Origin: an uncultured Pseudomonadales bacterium
Lineage (GTDB): Bacteria > Patescibacteriota > Microgenomatia > UBA1400 > UBA12108
Assembly (NCBI GenBank): GCA_964507925.1
Contig: CAZDRB010000002.1
Span: 1-47,248, forward strand
Direction of reading: 5' to 3'
Length of the DNA: 47,248 nt
Part shown: in pieces, positions 36,052-45,483 of the stretch
Layout of the letters: each line of letters opens with the position of its first letter
How positions within the stretch are numbered: the first letter of the stretch is position 1
Program-made: the position numbers and the translations under genes
Notes under the pieces: model-generated
The model's database searches: none
What the model was told of the DNA's origin: nothing
The model's input: only the letters and a program-made list of their open reading frames with translations

Positions 36052-37320
36052 ATGCATAAATTACGTGGTTCGTCCTCGCTCGCCTCGATCTTTGTCCTAG
36101 GTGGTGGCAATGTCATAGGCACGATCATCTCAGCCCTCGCCCTCATTCTCTTCTCCCGCTTTATGGGACCAGTTGAGTTTGGTTTGTTCTCAGCCGCTTT
36201 TGCGGCGATGCAGATAGTTGTCAGGATCTCTGATCTTGGTACGAACATGGCAACCGAGCGCCAAGTTGCTCGTGTTCACGCACAAAACCCAGAGCTGTCT
36301 GATCGATTACTTCGCTCAGCCCTATACTTTAAAGGCATTGCTTTTTTGATCTTGCTTAGCCTAGGCTGGGTGCTCGCCCCGTGGCTCGCAGGCAAGCTTA
36401 ATATCCCGAGCGTCGCTCTAGTTAGAAGCGCCTTTCTCCTGTCTGCCGGGACGATATTCTTTGAGTTCTCGACCTTAGTTTTTCAGTCAACGGCCCGCTT
36501 TGCCCTGGTAGCGCGGATCACGATAGCTCAAGCTATCGGCAAGCTATTATTTGGCGCAATATTTATCTGGCAAGGCCTGCTCCAGTCCACTCAAGCCCTT
36601 TTGATTTATGGCCTCTTGCCGGGCATTGGAGCACTCCTTGGCTGGAAAAGAAATACCTTGTCATCTCTCAAGCTACCAAAAACATGGGCACTTGACCTCA
36701 AAACAATCCTCTCGGTCGCCAAGTGGACGGGCATTGCCGCACTCGCCGCAACCGCCGCGGACAACATCGATACCTTGCTCGTCCAGTCATTTATGAGTAG
36801 CTACGACACGGGGATCTGGTCGGGAGCTGTCAGGATTGCGACTTTTGCGGGAGTGATTGGTTGGTCTGTGGGCTCGGTTCTGAACGTGCGGGTCGCGAGG
36901 TATCATGATCGCGCTCACCTCAACGAATACCTCAAAAAATCCTGGAAAATCTCGCTAGCCATTCTTTTTGGTCTTGTTCTGACAATCCCACTTGCCAGGT
37001 TCGCAATCGAACTCACAATTGGCTCAGCTTATCTAGAGGGTACCACCTCCCTTCAGGTTCTTATTCTTGCTGCGGGATTGTCAGGAGCAGCTGCACCCTA
37101 TGTCGCCCTGTTCTACCTTTTTGACAAACCAGAATACTACGCAATCACTGGGATTATGCAGACTTTAATCTTAGTAGCTGGTGATCTGATTTTTATTCCG
37201 ACTCACGGACTGATTGGCGCAGCCTGGGTCCGTGTCATCGTCCGCTTGACAGTTCTTGTCTTTACTCTCATCTATGCAAGGAGAGCGTATGCGTGGCATT
37301 ACCGCCAACATGGTCGTTAA
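36052..37320 (+). CDS. wzx: MOP-superfamily oligosaccharide flippase (Wzx/Polysacc_synt-like)
   Basis: 422 aa with about 12 TM helices. N-terminal GNVIGTIISALALILFSRFMGPVEFGLFSAAFA pattern typical of Wzx-type flippases. Confidence 0.6.
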   Translation: MHKLRGSSSLASIFVLGGGNVIGTIISALALILFSRFMGPVEFGLFSAAFAAMQIVVRISDLGTNMATERQVARVHAQNPELSDRLLRSALYFKGIAFLILLSLGWVLAPWLAGKLNIPSVALVRSAFLLSAGTIFFEFSTLVFQSTARFALVARITIAQAIGKLLFGAIFIWQGLLQSTQALLIYGLLPGIGALLGWKRNTLSSLKLPKTWALDLKTILSVAKWTGIAALAATAADNIDTLLVQSFMSSYDTGIWSGAVRIATFAGVIGWSVGSVLNVRVARYHDRAHLNEYLKKSWKISLAILFGLVLTIPLARFAIELTIGSAYLEGTTSLQVLILAAGLSGAAAPYVALFYLFDKPEYYAITGIMQTLILVAGDLIFIPTHGLIGAAWVRVIVRLTVLVFTLIYARRAYAWHYRQHGR

Positions 37321-38092
37321 AAACGAGGATATCTGGATCTGGTTTGCACTCAACTCCATTCTCCCGTACGTCGACCAAGTACTCGTGACCGACACCGGCT
37401 CCTCGGATCAAACGGTCAAGATAATCCAATCTATTCGCTCCCCAAAAATCGTGTTTACAGAGACTCCTGCAAACTCCGCGTCTCAGGTCACGGACATCAG
37501 ACAAGCTCAGCTAGAACAAACCAAAACTCCGTGGGCATGGATCGTCGACGGCGACGAAATTTATCCCAATTCAACTGCCAAGGAGTGTATTGATGCGACG
37601 CGAGTTGATAAATATGAGGGCATCCTAGTCAGGCGGTACGACCTCTTAGGTGATATCTATCATCGCCAAATAGAAACAGTAGGTGAGTACAATCTTTTTG
37701 GGCAAAAGGGACATCTCTTAGTGAGGCTCATCAACAAAGACAAAATCCCAGGCCTCAAGTATCAAGGTGATTATCCAAACGAAGGATTTTTTGATCAAGA
37801 AGGTCGATCAATTCTGGATCATCAAAAAGACAAATGGTACACAACTACAAACTATCTCTATCACACCATGTACCTCAAAAGGTCGAGCTTGGGGACAGCT
37901 CTCCCCATGTTCAACCGCAATAAATACAAAATCGAAAAAGGGATCATGGTAGAAGACCAAGTCCCAGAAGTTTTTTATGAAAACTATCCCGACGATTTAC
38001 CTAACCCACTCGCAAAGCGCGGAGTACTCTACGAAGCACTCGCGTCAGTTGTATCCCCGATCAAAAAGCTCAAGCGGAAATTAGTTGTATGA
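37289..38092 (+). CDS. GT2-like glycosyltransferase (VKNE-type)
   Basis: ITANMVVKNEDIWI, VLVTDTGSSDQT and IVDGDEIY motifs. ATG 37289 is preceded by GGAGAG. The tracked 37256 start runs further into wzx. Confidence 0.65.
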   Translation: MRGITANMVVKNEDIWIWFALNSILPYVDQVLVTDTGSSDQTVKIIQSIRSPKIVFTETPANSASQVTDIRQAQLEQTKTPWAWIVDGDEIYPNSTAKECIDATRVDKYEGILVRRYDLLGDIYHRQIETVGEYNLFGQKGHLLVRLINKDKIPGLKYQGDYPNEGFFDQEGRSILDHQKDKWYTTTNYLYHTMYLKRSSLGTALPMFNRNKYKIEKGIMVEDQVPEVFYENYPDDLPNPLAKRGVLYEALASVVSPIKKLKRKLVV

Positions 38093-39150
38093 AGATAGCT
38101 TTCCTTCATCTCACCATGGGAATAGTAAAGAGAGGGAGCGAGGTCGTGGTCCACGAGATCGCAACAGCTCTCGCCAAAAATCACGAGGTCTTAGTGATTC
38201 AGTCAGGAAAAAAGTCAAAGTCAACCTATCAAGTCAAGCGTGCCTACCCGCTCGAGCGTGCACCGGCAACTAGTCCTAACAATCTTTTTTCCAAAGTACT
38301 CTTTCGTCTAGGTCTTGACGAGCAGTCAAGGGCCGTAAAAAAATTTACGGCGTCCGCACTGCCTGAACTTAAAAACTTCAATCCCGACGTCGTGATCGCG
38401 GTCAACGGCGCGCCTCAGCTCAAGGTGCTTCGTCGCCTCTCGTTTCGTCCCAAGGTCGTGACTTTTGGTCACGCTGGTATCGGCCACCACGACCAAAAGA
38501 CTCTGGCTCAAAATCCCGACCTCTTTATCGCCCTCTCCCAAGCGGCACGTGCATGGGCAGAAAGCTTAGCCTCACGCACAACCAAAGTAATCTATATTCC
38601 AAATCCAGTGCTCAAGCCAAAATCAACAAGTAAAATTAAACTCACGCTCTCAAAACCAATCGTGCTCACTGTCTCCGCGCTCTCCAAATACAAAAATATT
38701 CCGAGTATCATCGAGGCGGTTAAAGAACTACCCGTAAGCTACCATCTCATCGGGAGTGGGGAGGAAGAAGCGAGGGTTCTAAAAGAACTGAATGAGTATC
38801 CGGGCGAGTTTTCTTGGGTCAGAGAGGTTGATCATCAAGAGATCTATTCCTACTACAGTGAGGCTAGTGTTTTTTGCTTTGTCCCAGATAAGCAAGAAGC
38901 CTTTGGTCGGGTATACCTCGAGGCTATGCTTGCAGGTCTACCTATCGTCGCCTCAGATGACCCAATCCGCCGCGAGATTATCGGTCCCCGAGGGATATAT
39001 GTTGATCCGCATGACCCGCCTGCTATTCGGGACGGGATCAAGAGAGCACTTGAGCTGGGAAAGGTAAGCTATACTAAGGAGCTGAAAAAATATGAGCTCA
39101 GAGCTATCATCAAAAAACTCGAAAAGGAGTTTCATGACCTCACCTCCTAA
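38089..39150 (+). CDS. GT4 (GT-B) glycosyltransferase
   Basis: MKIAFLHLTMGIVKRGSEVVVHE start and the EX7E motif EAFGRVYLEAMLAGLPIVAS. Confidence 0.75.
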   Translation: MKIAFLHLTMGIVKRGSEVVVHEIATALAKNHEVLVIQSGKKSKSTYQVKRAYPLERAPATSPNNLFSKVLFRLGLDEQSRAVKKFTASALPELKNFNPDVVIAVNGAPQLKVLRRLSFRPKVVTFGHAGIGHHDQKTLAQNPDLFIALSQAARAWAESLASRTTKVIYIPNPVLKPKSTSKIKLTLSKPIVLTVSALSKYKNIPSIIEAVKELPVSYHLIGSGEEEARVLKELNEYPGEFSWVREVDHQEIYSYYSEASVFCFVPDKQEAFGRVYLEAMLAGLPIVASDDPIRREIIGPRGIYVDPHDPPAIRDGIKRALELGKVSYTKELKKYELRAIIKKLEKEFHDLTS

Positions 39151-39973
39151 GCCTACTGCCTCAGCCATTCTCGCCGTTTACAACGCCGAGAAAACGATCA
39201 GAGCCTGTATCGATTCTCTGCTTATTCAGACTGTTTCAATTGAGATTATCGTGATTGATGACGGTTCAACCGATAGAACACTTTCTATAATTAAAGAGTA
39301 CTCGGACGTTAAACTTTTAACTCAAGCTCACAAAGGACCTGCACTTGCCCGTAACCTAGGGGGGAGGTCTGCGTGTAGCGAGATTCTCCTCTTTGTCGAC
39401 GCCGACATGGTTTTTGATCCAAACTATGCTCAAGACCTAGTTGAACCAATCATTACTGGGAAAGTGGTAGGTACTTACACGACCGAAGAAAGAGTCGCTA
39501 ACTGGGAAAATATCTGGGCTAGGTGCTGGAACATACAGGAGGGGTGGGAGGACAGAAAACGTTTCCCCAAAAATCCCCCCAAGTATGGCACCGACTTTCG
39601 CGCAATTCTCAAATCTGAGTTTGACCGGGTAGGGGAGTTTGATAACATCGGCTACACCGACACTTGGAGCTTATTTGCCAAACTCGGGGTTCGGCCGCTC
39701 AGAACAAGAGCAGTCTGCTACCACGCCAATCCAGCGACCTTGTCCGCCGTCTACGTTCAGGCTCGCTGGCTCGCCAAGCGCCCATACAAGCTGGGAATGA
39801 TCGGGACTCTCTACGCACTCGCTCGCACCTCGCTCCCGGTCTCGCTCATCGTTGCCCCAGTCAAGGCAGTTCTCAACCTCGAGCCTCGCTATATCGTCTT
39901 CAAGCTAGTCTATGACCTCGGTCGTTTTGTCGGCATCATCGAGAAACTCCTAACCGGGAAAACATCCAAATGA
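39134..39973 (+). CDS. GT2 family glycosyltransferase
   Basis: ASAILAVYNAEKTI, VIDDGSTDRT and FVDADMVF motifs. ATG 39134 is preceded by AAAGGAG (39123-39129). The tracked start is 39092. Confidence 0.75.
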   Translation: MTSPPKPTASAILAVYNAEKTIRACIDSLLIQTVSIEIIVIDDGSTDRTLSIIKEYSDVKLLTQAHKGPALARNLGGRSACSEILLFVDADMVFDPNYAQDLVEPIITGKVVGTYTTEERVANWENIWARCWNIQEGWEDRKRFPKNPPKYGTDFRAILKSEFDRVGEFDNIGYTDTWSLFAKLGVRPLRTRAVCYHANPATLSAVYVQARWLAKRPYKLGMIGTLYALARTSLPVSLIVAPVKAVLNLEPRYIVFKLVYDLGRFVGIIEKLLTGKTSK

Positions 39974-41295
39974 AACTAATTTTACTGATTGCAGTTATCC
40001 TACGGCTAATTTTCCTTAACCAGTCGCTCTGGCTCGACGAAGCAATTCAGGCTCTCGCCCTGATGGGCAAGATGGGACCACTCCTAACCTACGCACTCGC
40101 CGATTTTCAGCCTCCCCTCTACCACTTGATCCTATCAGTCTGGACATCTATTGCAGGTTACAGCGAGCTCGCCCTCCGTCTGCCGTCACTCGCTGCGGGT
40201 GTGGGAACCGTTTACCTGACCGCAATGATCGCAAAGAAGTATGGAGGTCAAAAACTCATGTATCTGGCGGGACTACTTGCCGCAACCAACCCTCTCCTGA
40301 TCTATTACTCTCAAGAAGGGCGGACCTACGGTCTCACCGCCTTCCTAGTCACCGCGAGCTTCTATTACTTTCTGCAATTGTTAACCAAAAACAATACAAA
40401 ATACTTTATACTCTATACCCTATACACAACTCTTTTCCTCTGGACTAGCTATCTCTCCTGGTTTGTCCTCCTGGCACAAGGGATCTACGCCCTATATCAC
40501 AAACGCTACGACCTCCTTAGGCTCCAGGCCCTGTCTGTGATCACGCTTGTTCTATGGCTACCATCATTCCTCTCCTCGCTCTCAATTGGATCCTCGACCC
40601 TCGTGACGAGTCGTGAGTGGGGCAGGGTAGTCGGAGGAATAGACTGGAAATCGCTCCCCTTGACCTGGGTCAAGTTTGTGATTGGCAGAATCAGCTTTGA
40701 AAATAATTATCTCTACGCGGGGATTGTCGGCCTGATTGGTAGCTTGCACCTCCTCACGCTTTCTCGTCTCAAGCCTAGGAAATACCCACTTCTCTTGACT
40801 TGGCTGATTGTCCCGGTGGGGCTCGGCGTAGTGACCGCGATCTTCCTCCCGGTTTACCAGTACTTTAGAGTACTATTTGTCCTGCCGGCATACCTCCTCA
40901 TCCTCGCGCTCGCCCTCTCTCGGTTCAAGTCGGGTTATCTCGCCGGCTCACTTATTCTGCTCCAGGTAGCAGCACTCGCCTACTTTTGGCTAACTCCTAG
41001 TCTGCACCGCGAAAACTGGCGTGCCCTGACCTCCGAGATTCCTCGTGATGCAACCCTCGCCATGCCTTCTCGTGCCCAGTCCGCGCCTCTCACCTACTAT
41101 GGTTATGAGAGATCCATCCTCGAGCCAAGACTGGATCAGTTAAGTGGAGACATTATCTACTACATCCGCTACGTGGAGGATCTTTTTGACCAGGAGCGCC
41201 TTGGCGAGGCAAACTTCGCTCGTTCTGGCTATACTATAACTAGAGAGAAGGTATATTCGGGCATACAGGTAGATATTTATGAAAATCGCAATTGA
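39970..41295 (+). CDS. GT-C family (GT39/ArnT-like) membrane glycosyltransferase
   Basis: RLIFLNQSLWLDEAIQALA (DE loop after TM1). 441 aa with more than 10 helices and a short soluble C-terminus. Confidence 0.7.
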   Translation: MKLILLIAVILRLIFLNQSLWLDEAIQALALMGKMGPLLTYALADFQPPLYHLILSVWTSIAGYSELALRLPSLAAGVGTVYLTAMIAKKYGGQKLMYLAGLLAATNPLLIYYSQEGRTYGLTAFLVTASFYYFLQLLTKNNTKYFILYTLYTTLFLWTSYLSWFVLLAQGIYALYHKRYDLLRLQALSVITLVLWLPSFLSSLSIGSSTLVTSREWGRVVGGIDWKSLPLTWVKFVIGRISFENNYLYAGIVGLIGSLHLLTLSRLKPRKYPLLLTWLIVPVGLGVVTAIFLPVYQYFRVLFVLPAYLLILALALSRFKSGYLAGSLILLQVAALAYFWLTPSLHRENWRALTSEIPRDATLAMPSRAQSAPLTYYGYERSILEPRLDQLSGDIIYYIRYVEDLFDQERLGEANFARSGYTITREKVYSGIQVDIYENRN

Positions 41296-42349
41296 CGTCT
41301 CACAGATGGGCTACACCGGCACGGGAGTTGCCAGATACGTCTCTGGACTTACCCACGCACTCCTCTTAGCTAACACTTCTCACGAGTTTGTCCTCTACGC
41401 TGGCACGCTCAGAAACAGATCATTCTTTACGCGGCTAAGCAAAATTGAGCCGTGGAACCGCGCAACCTGGAAAATATTCCCGCTCCCGCCAACCTTGGCT
41501 GGCTACGCACTTTCCGACACCTCAATCCCTTTTGAGTACCTCACTGGCCCAGTTGACCTAGTTCACGCCTCTGACTGGAGTCAGCCGAGCGCCAAGGCGC
41601 CTATCGTAACTACCGTCCATGACCTGATCTTTAAAAAGTATCCCGAGACCGTGGACCCCATTATCCTCAAGGCCCAGGAAAAGCGCCTAGCCAAAGTCGC
41701 AAAGTCCGAGACTTTTGTGATCGCCGACTCAGAGAGTACAAAAAATGATCTTATGGAAATATATCACATTCATTCTCAGCGCATAAAAGTAATATATCCA
41801 GGTATAGATCCACAATTTGCACCACAATCGAAAAATAAAATAGATCAAGTGAAAAAGAAATATAATCTTCCTGATGAATTTGTCTTCTCCCTCTCTACTC
41901 AGGAGCCCAGAAAAAACATTCAAAGGCTAGTGAGCGCCCTCGCGGGCTTCAAGCTCCCGCTCGTAATAGCCGGCAAGCACGGTTGGGGTGACAAAACAAG
42001 CTCAATCGGCTTTGTGCCAGACGAAGATCTGCCCGCACTCTACGCGAGCTCCTCCGCTTTCGTTTATCCCTCGCTATACGAAGGGTTTGGCTTTCCGGTT
42101 CTTGAGGCGATGGCCTCTGGGACAGTAGTCGTGACCTCGAACACTTCTTCTCTCCCAGAGATTGCAGGCAAGGCAGCTATCCTGATCGACCCAGAGTCGG
42201 AGGACTCGATAAGACAAGGAGTGGATCAGGCTCTCGCTAGCAGGGGTGAGCGAATTAAGCTAGGATACAAACAGGCAGAAAACTTTACCTGGCAAAACTG
42301 TGCTAGGGGAGTAATCGAGGTTTATGAAAAAATTGGTAATCGGAATTGA
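41279..42349 (+). CDS. GT4 (GT-B) glycosyltransferase
   Basis: MKIAIDVSQMGYTGTGVARY, TVHDLIFKKYPE and EGFGFPVLEAMASGTVVVTS (EX7E) motifs. Confidence 0.8.
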   Translation: MKIAIDVSQMGYTGTGVARYVSGLTHALLLANTSHEFVLYAGTLRNRSFFTRLSKIEPWNRATWKIFPLPPTLAGYALSDTSIPFEYLTGPVDLVHASDWSQPSAKAPIVTTVHDLIFKKYPETVDPIILKAQEKRLAKVAKSETFVIADSESTKNDLMEIYHIHSQRIKVIYPGIDPQFAPQSKNKIDQVKKKYNLPDEFVFSLSTQEPRKNIQRLVSALAGFKLPLVIAGKHGWGDKTSSIGFVPDEDLPALYASSSAFVYPSLYEGFGFPVLEAMASGTVVVTSNTSSLPEIAGKAAILIDPESEDSIRQGVDQALASRGERIKLGYKQAENFTWQNCARGVIEVYEKIGNRN

Positions 42350-43433
42350 TATCAACGAGGCAAACGTCGCAAGCCGTGTCGGCACTGGTCAGTACTGCTA
42401 CCAGATTCTCAAGCACTGGTCTACTACAAGCAACAATCTCGATTTTCATCTCTACCACCGCGACGATCTTGCAGGCGACATGCCGCCAGAGACAGCACAT
42501 TGGAAATATCGCCAGCTCGGTCCCAAACGTGCTTGGCTTAGGTTCGCGCTCCCTCTCCACCTAATAACTCATAGACAAAACACTGTCTTTTGGTCGCCTG
42601 CCCACTATGCTCCGGCATTTGGTCTAGGCAAAAGCGTCGTCACGATCCACGACCTCGCCTACGAATACTTTCCTGATCTGTTCTTGCCAAGTGACTTGTA
42701 CAAGCTCAAAAACTGGACGCGTAGCGCAGTCAAAACTGCGTCGCGTGTCATTGCCGTTTCCCAGGCAACCAAGGAAGACTTGATCAAGATCTACGGTGTT
42801 GAGAGCTCCAAAATCACGGTCGTTCATAACGGCTATGACGCAGATTTTTTCAATGTGACAACCCCTGTCAACAATTCTACTTTTTCTAACTACAAACTGA
42901 AAAACAAAAACTACATCCTCTTCCTCGGAACAATTCAACCTAGGAAAAACCTGATCAAACTCGTGCAGGCATTTCACCTCCTCAAGGACGCGGGCTACAA
43001 AGGCAAGCTCGTGATCGCCGGCAAGATCGGTTGGCTAGCCGAAGATACGCTCAAAATCATCAAAGACTCTCCACACAGCAAGGATATTGTAATGACAGGC
43101 TACGTTGGGGACGAGGCCAGACACGCACTATATAGAGGTGCCGAGATCTACGTTCTCCCTTCACTGTACGAAGGTTTTGGGGTTCCTGCAATCGAGGCGA
43201 TGGCCTGCGGGGCTCCAGTTGCTGTTTCAAATAACTCATCGCTTCCGGAAATTGTAGGTGGAGCCGGCGAATTCTTTAACCCAGTTGATCCAGCAGATAT
43301 CGCAAGAGCTATAACAAATATACAAAGCGACCGCGAGGCTTGGGTCAAAAAAGGCCTCGCTCGGGCCAAGAACTTTTCCTGGGAAAAATGCGCCAAAGAG
43401 ACACTTGAAATAATAAAAAAGGAGATCAAATGA
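42324..43433 (+). CDS. GT4 (GT-B) glycosyltransferase, paralogue of the preceding gene
   Basis: [30 protein letters not shown] and [20 protein letters not shown] (EX7E) motifs. Confidence 0.8.
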   Translation: MKKLVIGIDINEANVASRVGTGQYCYQILKHWSTTSNNLDFHLYHRDDLAGDMPPETAHWKYRQLGPKRAWLRFALPLHLITHRQNTVFWSPAHYAPAFGLGKSVVTIHDLAYEYFPDLFLPSDLYKLKNWTRSAVKTASRVIAVSQATKEDLIKIYGVESSKITVVHNGYDADFFNVTTPVNNSTFSNYKLKNKNYILFLGTIQPRKNLIKLVQAFHLLKDAGYKGKLVIAGKIGWLAEDTLKIIKDSPHSKDIVMTGYVGDEARHALYRGAEIYVLPSLYEGFGVPAIEAMACGAPVAVSNNSSLPEIVGGAGEFFNPVDPADIARAITNIQSDREAWVKKGLARAKNFSWEKCAKETLEIIKKEIK

Positions 43434-43918
43434 TCACCTGTACATTTGAAAATGGCAATATAGCGAGTCCTGGTTTACGTCACGTCACAGTTAATACTAT
43501 TGTCATTAAAGATGGACAGATATTGTTGGGACTGCGAGCACCTGTCAAAGGTCTCGATATGCCGGAGGTTGGCAAATGGGCGCTAATCGGTGGATATTTC
43601 GATCGGGACGAGACGTTGGTTGAGGCAGTCAAGCGTGAGGTTCTGGAAGAAAGTGGTTGGGAGATTGGCGACACACTACTGTTTCGCGTGAATGATTCTC
43701 CTAACAGGCCCATGGAAGACAGGCAAAATGTTGACATGATTTTTCTTGCCAATGCGGTCAAACAAATGGGCAACAGCGACAAGGAGGTAGCTCAATTAAA
43801 GTGGTTCCCGCTCGACTCTCTTCCTCCTAGAGACCAAATAGCCTTTGATCACGGGGACAGTATCGAGCTCTATCTCAAGCATCTCGGTGATCCTAGACAA
43901 CTACCGATTCTAGGGTAG
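43430..43918 (+). CDS. NUDIX hydrolase
   Basis: Nudix box [23 protein letters not shown] (GX5EX7REUXEEXGU). 162 aa. Confidence 0.8.
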   Translation: MITCTFENGNIASPGLRHVTVNTIVIKDGQILLGLRAPVKGLDMPEVGKWALIGGYFDRDETLVEAVKREVLEESGWEIGDTLLFRVNDSPNRPMEDRQNVDMIFLANAVKQMGNSDKEVAQLKWFPLDSLPPRDQIAFDHGDSIELYLKHLGDPRQLPILG

Positions 43919-43937
43919 TTTGGGGTACAATCAATCT

Positions 43938-44543
43938 ATGAGCTCGCCTCTAAAAGACAAACACGGCAATCAATTGTCCTGGAAACAGGCGATAAACAAA
44001 ATTTTTGCTCGGCTAGAAAGCTATGTCCTCGACTTTGGCCTCATGCTCCTCCACCTCACAACCTGGATCCCTCTCCACTCTGTACGTAATTTAGTCTGGC
44101 GACTCGCTGGAATAGGGCTTGGCAAAAACAGCACGCTCCACACAGGTGTCCGAGTCTTTGATCCTCGAAATATCAAGGTTGGTGAGGGCACGATCATCGG
44201 TTACGCAGTTTTTATCGATGGCCGTGACAAAGTCACAATCGGTAATCATACCGATATCGCCTCCGAAGTCATGATCTACAGTCAAGAGCATGATCTCTCT
44301 GCGCCCGATTTTCACGCAGTCGGCGCCCCAGTCAAGATCGGCGACTATGTCTTTATCGGGCCACGTGCAATTATCTTGCCCGGAGTCACGATCGGGGACG
44401 GGGCCGTAGTTGCAGCTGGGGCTGTCGTGACCAAAGATGTTGCACCATTTGATATTGTTGGAGGCGTACCGGCAAAATCGATTGGAACTAGGTCGCTCAA
44501 AAATCCAAGCTATCGTCTGGGTAGATTTAAACTATTTCAATAA
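43938..44543 (+). CDS. Hexapeptide-repeat (LbH) acyl/acetyltransferase, WbbJ/LacA-like
   Basis: Left-handed beta-helix repeats [31 protein letters not shown] and [31 protein letters not shown]. The first ATG is at 43938; the tracked ORF begins at a TTG at 43920. Confidence 0.75.
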   Translation: MSSPLKDKHGNQLSWKQAINKIFARLESYVLDFGLMLLHLTTWIPLHSVRNLVWRLAGIGLGKNSTLHTGVRVFDPRNIKVGEGTIIGYAVFIDGRDKVTIGNHTDIASEVMIYSQEHDLSAPDFHAVGAPVKIGDYVFIGPRAIILPGVTIGDGAVVAAGAVVTKDVAPFDIVGGVPAKSIGTRSLKNPSYRLGRFKLFQ

Positions 44544-44553
44544 TATTTACTAT

Positions 44554-45483
44554 ATGCCATCAACCATGAACCACAAACCGCTAGTCTCAGTCATCATCGT
44601 TAGCTACAACACGAGAAGATATACCGTCAAAGCGCTCAAATCTGCCCTTGGGAGTCGTGGATTTAAGAAGGGTGAGATCGAGGTTATCATGGTCGATAAC
44701 AACTCCCCCGACGACTCGGTCAAATACGTCAAAAAGAACCTTCCTGAGGTCAAAGTTATCGCGAACACCAAAAATCGCGGCTTTGGCGGAGGCAACAATC
44801 AGGGGGCAAAAATTGCGAGCGGAAAGTACCTACTCCTGCTTAACCCTGACGCCTTTCTTGCTCCCGAATCGCTCAGAGTTATGATCGATATTCTCGAAAA
44901 TAGAGGAGATATCGTCTCGGTCGGACCTCAGCTCCGCTACGAAGACGGAAGTATGCAGCAGTCCGGGGGCTATCTCCCGACCCCGCTCAGAGTCACCGCC
45001 TGGATGTGGTGGCTAGACAAACTCCCGCTCATCAAAAAGCTATTTCCAACTCCGTATCACGTATATGATCTAGACTGGCACAAAAAAGACAAAACGCCTG
45101 AGTGGCTCATGGGAGCCTGTATTGCTTTTCGAAAAGACGAGTTTCTCACCGCCGGCGGCTTTGACGAAGAGATCTTTATGTACGCCGAGGAGGTCGAGCT
45201 ATACCGGAGACTCAAAGAGAGCCTGGGTAAAAAGGTCTACTTAACCACCAAAACCAAGGTCGTCCATATCGGGAGTGTGAGTACCAAAAAAGCGAACGCC
45301 TTCCGCCTCACCTACGAACTCCAGGGTATTCAGTACATCTACAAGAAGCACTATCCTCACCTCCTAGGCTACATCAATTTTGTCATCTATACTGGAGTCA
45401 TCATGAGAATCCTCCTATATGCTCTGATCCCGAGCCGCCACGACGCTCTACAAGAATACATAAAGTTCTTTAAAAAAGCATGA
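44554..45483 (+). CDS. GT2 family glycosyltransferase (rhamnosyltransferase-like subgroup)
   Basis: VSVIIVSYNTRRYT, VDNNSPDDS, RGFGGGNNQG and LLLNPDAF motifs. ATG 44554 is preferred to the tracked 44437, which lies inside the acetyltransferase gene. Confidence 0.8.
   Translation: MPSTMNHKPLVSVIIVSYNTRRYTVKALKSALGSRGFKKGEIEVIMVDNNSPDDSVKYVKKNLPEVKVIANTKNRGFGGGNNQGAKIASGKYLLLLNPDAFLAPESLRVMIDILENRGDIVSVGPQLRYEDGSMQQSGGYLPTPLRVTAWMWWLDKLPLIKKLFPTPYHVYDLDWHKKDKTPEWLMGACIAFRKDEFLTAGGFDEEIFMYAEEVELYRRLKESLGKKVYLTTKTKVVHIGSVSTKKANAFRLTYELQGIQYIYKKHYPHLLGYINFVIYTGVIMRILLYALIPSRHDALQEYIKFFKKA

Noticed and set aside
38085-38273. 62-aa Arg/Ser-rich ORF at the start of the GT4 gene. A similar alternative-frame ORF lies at 39664..39915.
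   Set aside because: They are off-frame translations of well-supported GT4/GT2 genes, with a basic, low-complexity composition typical of frame-shifted reading.
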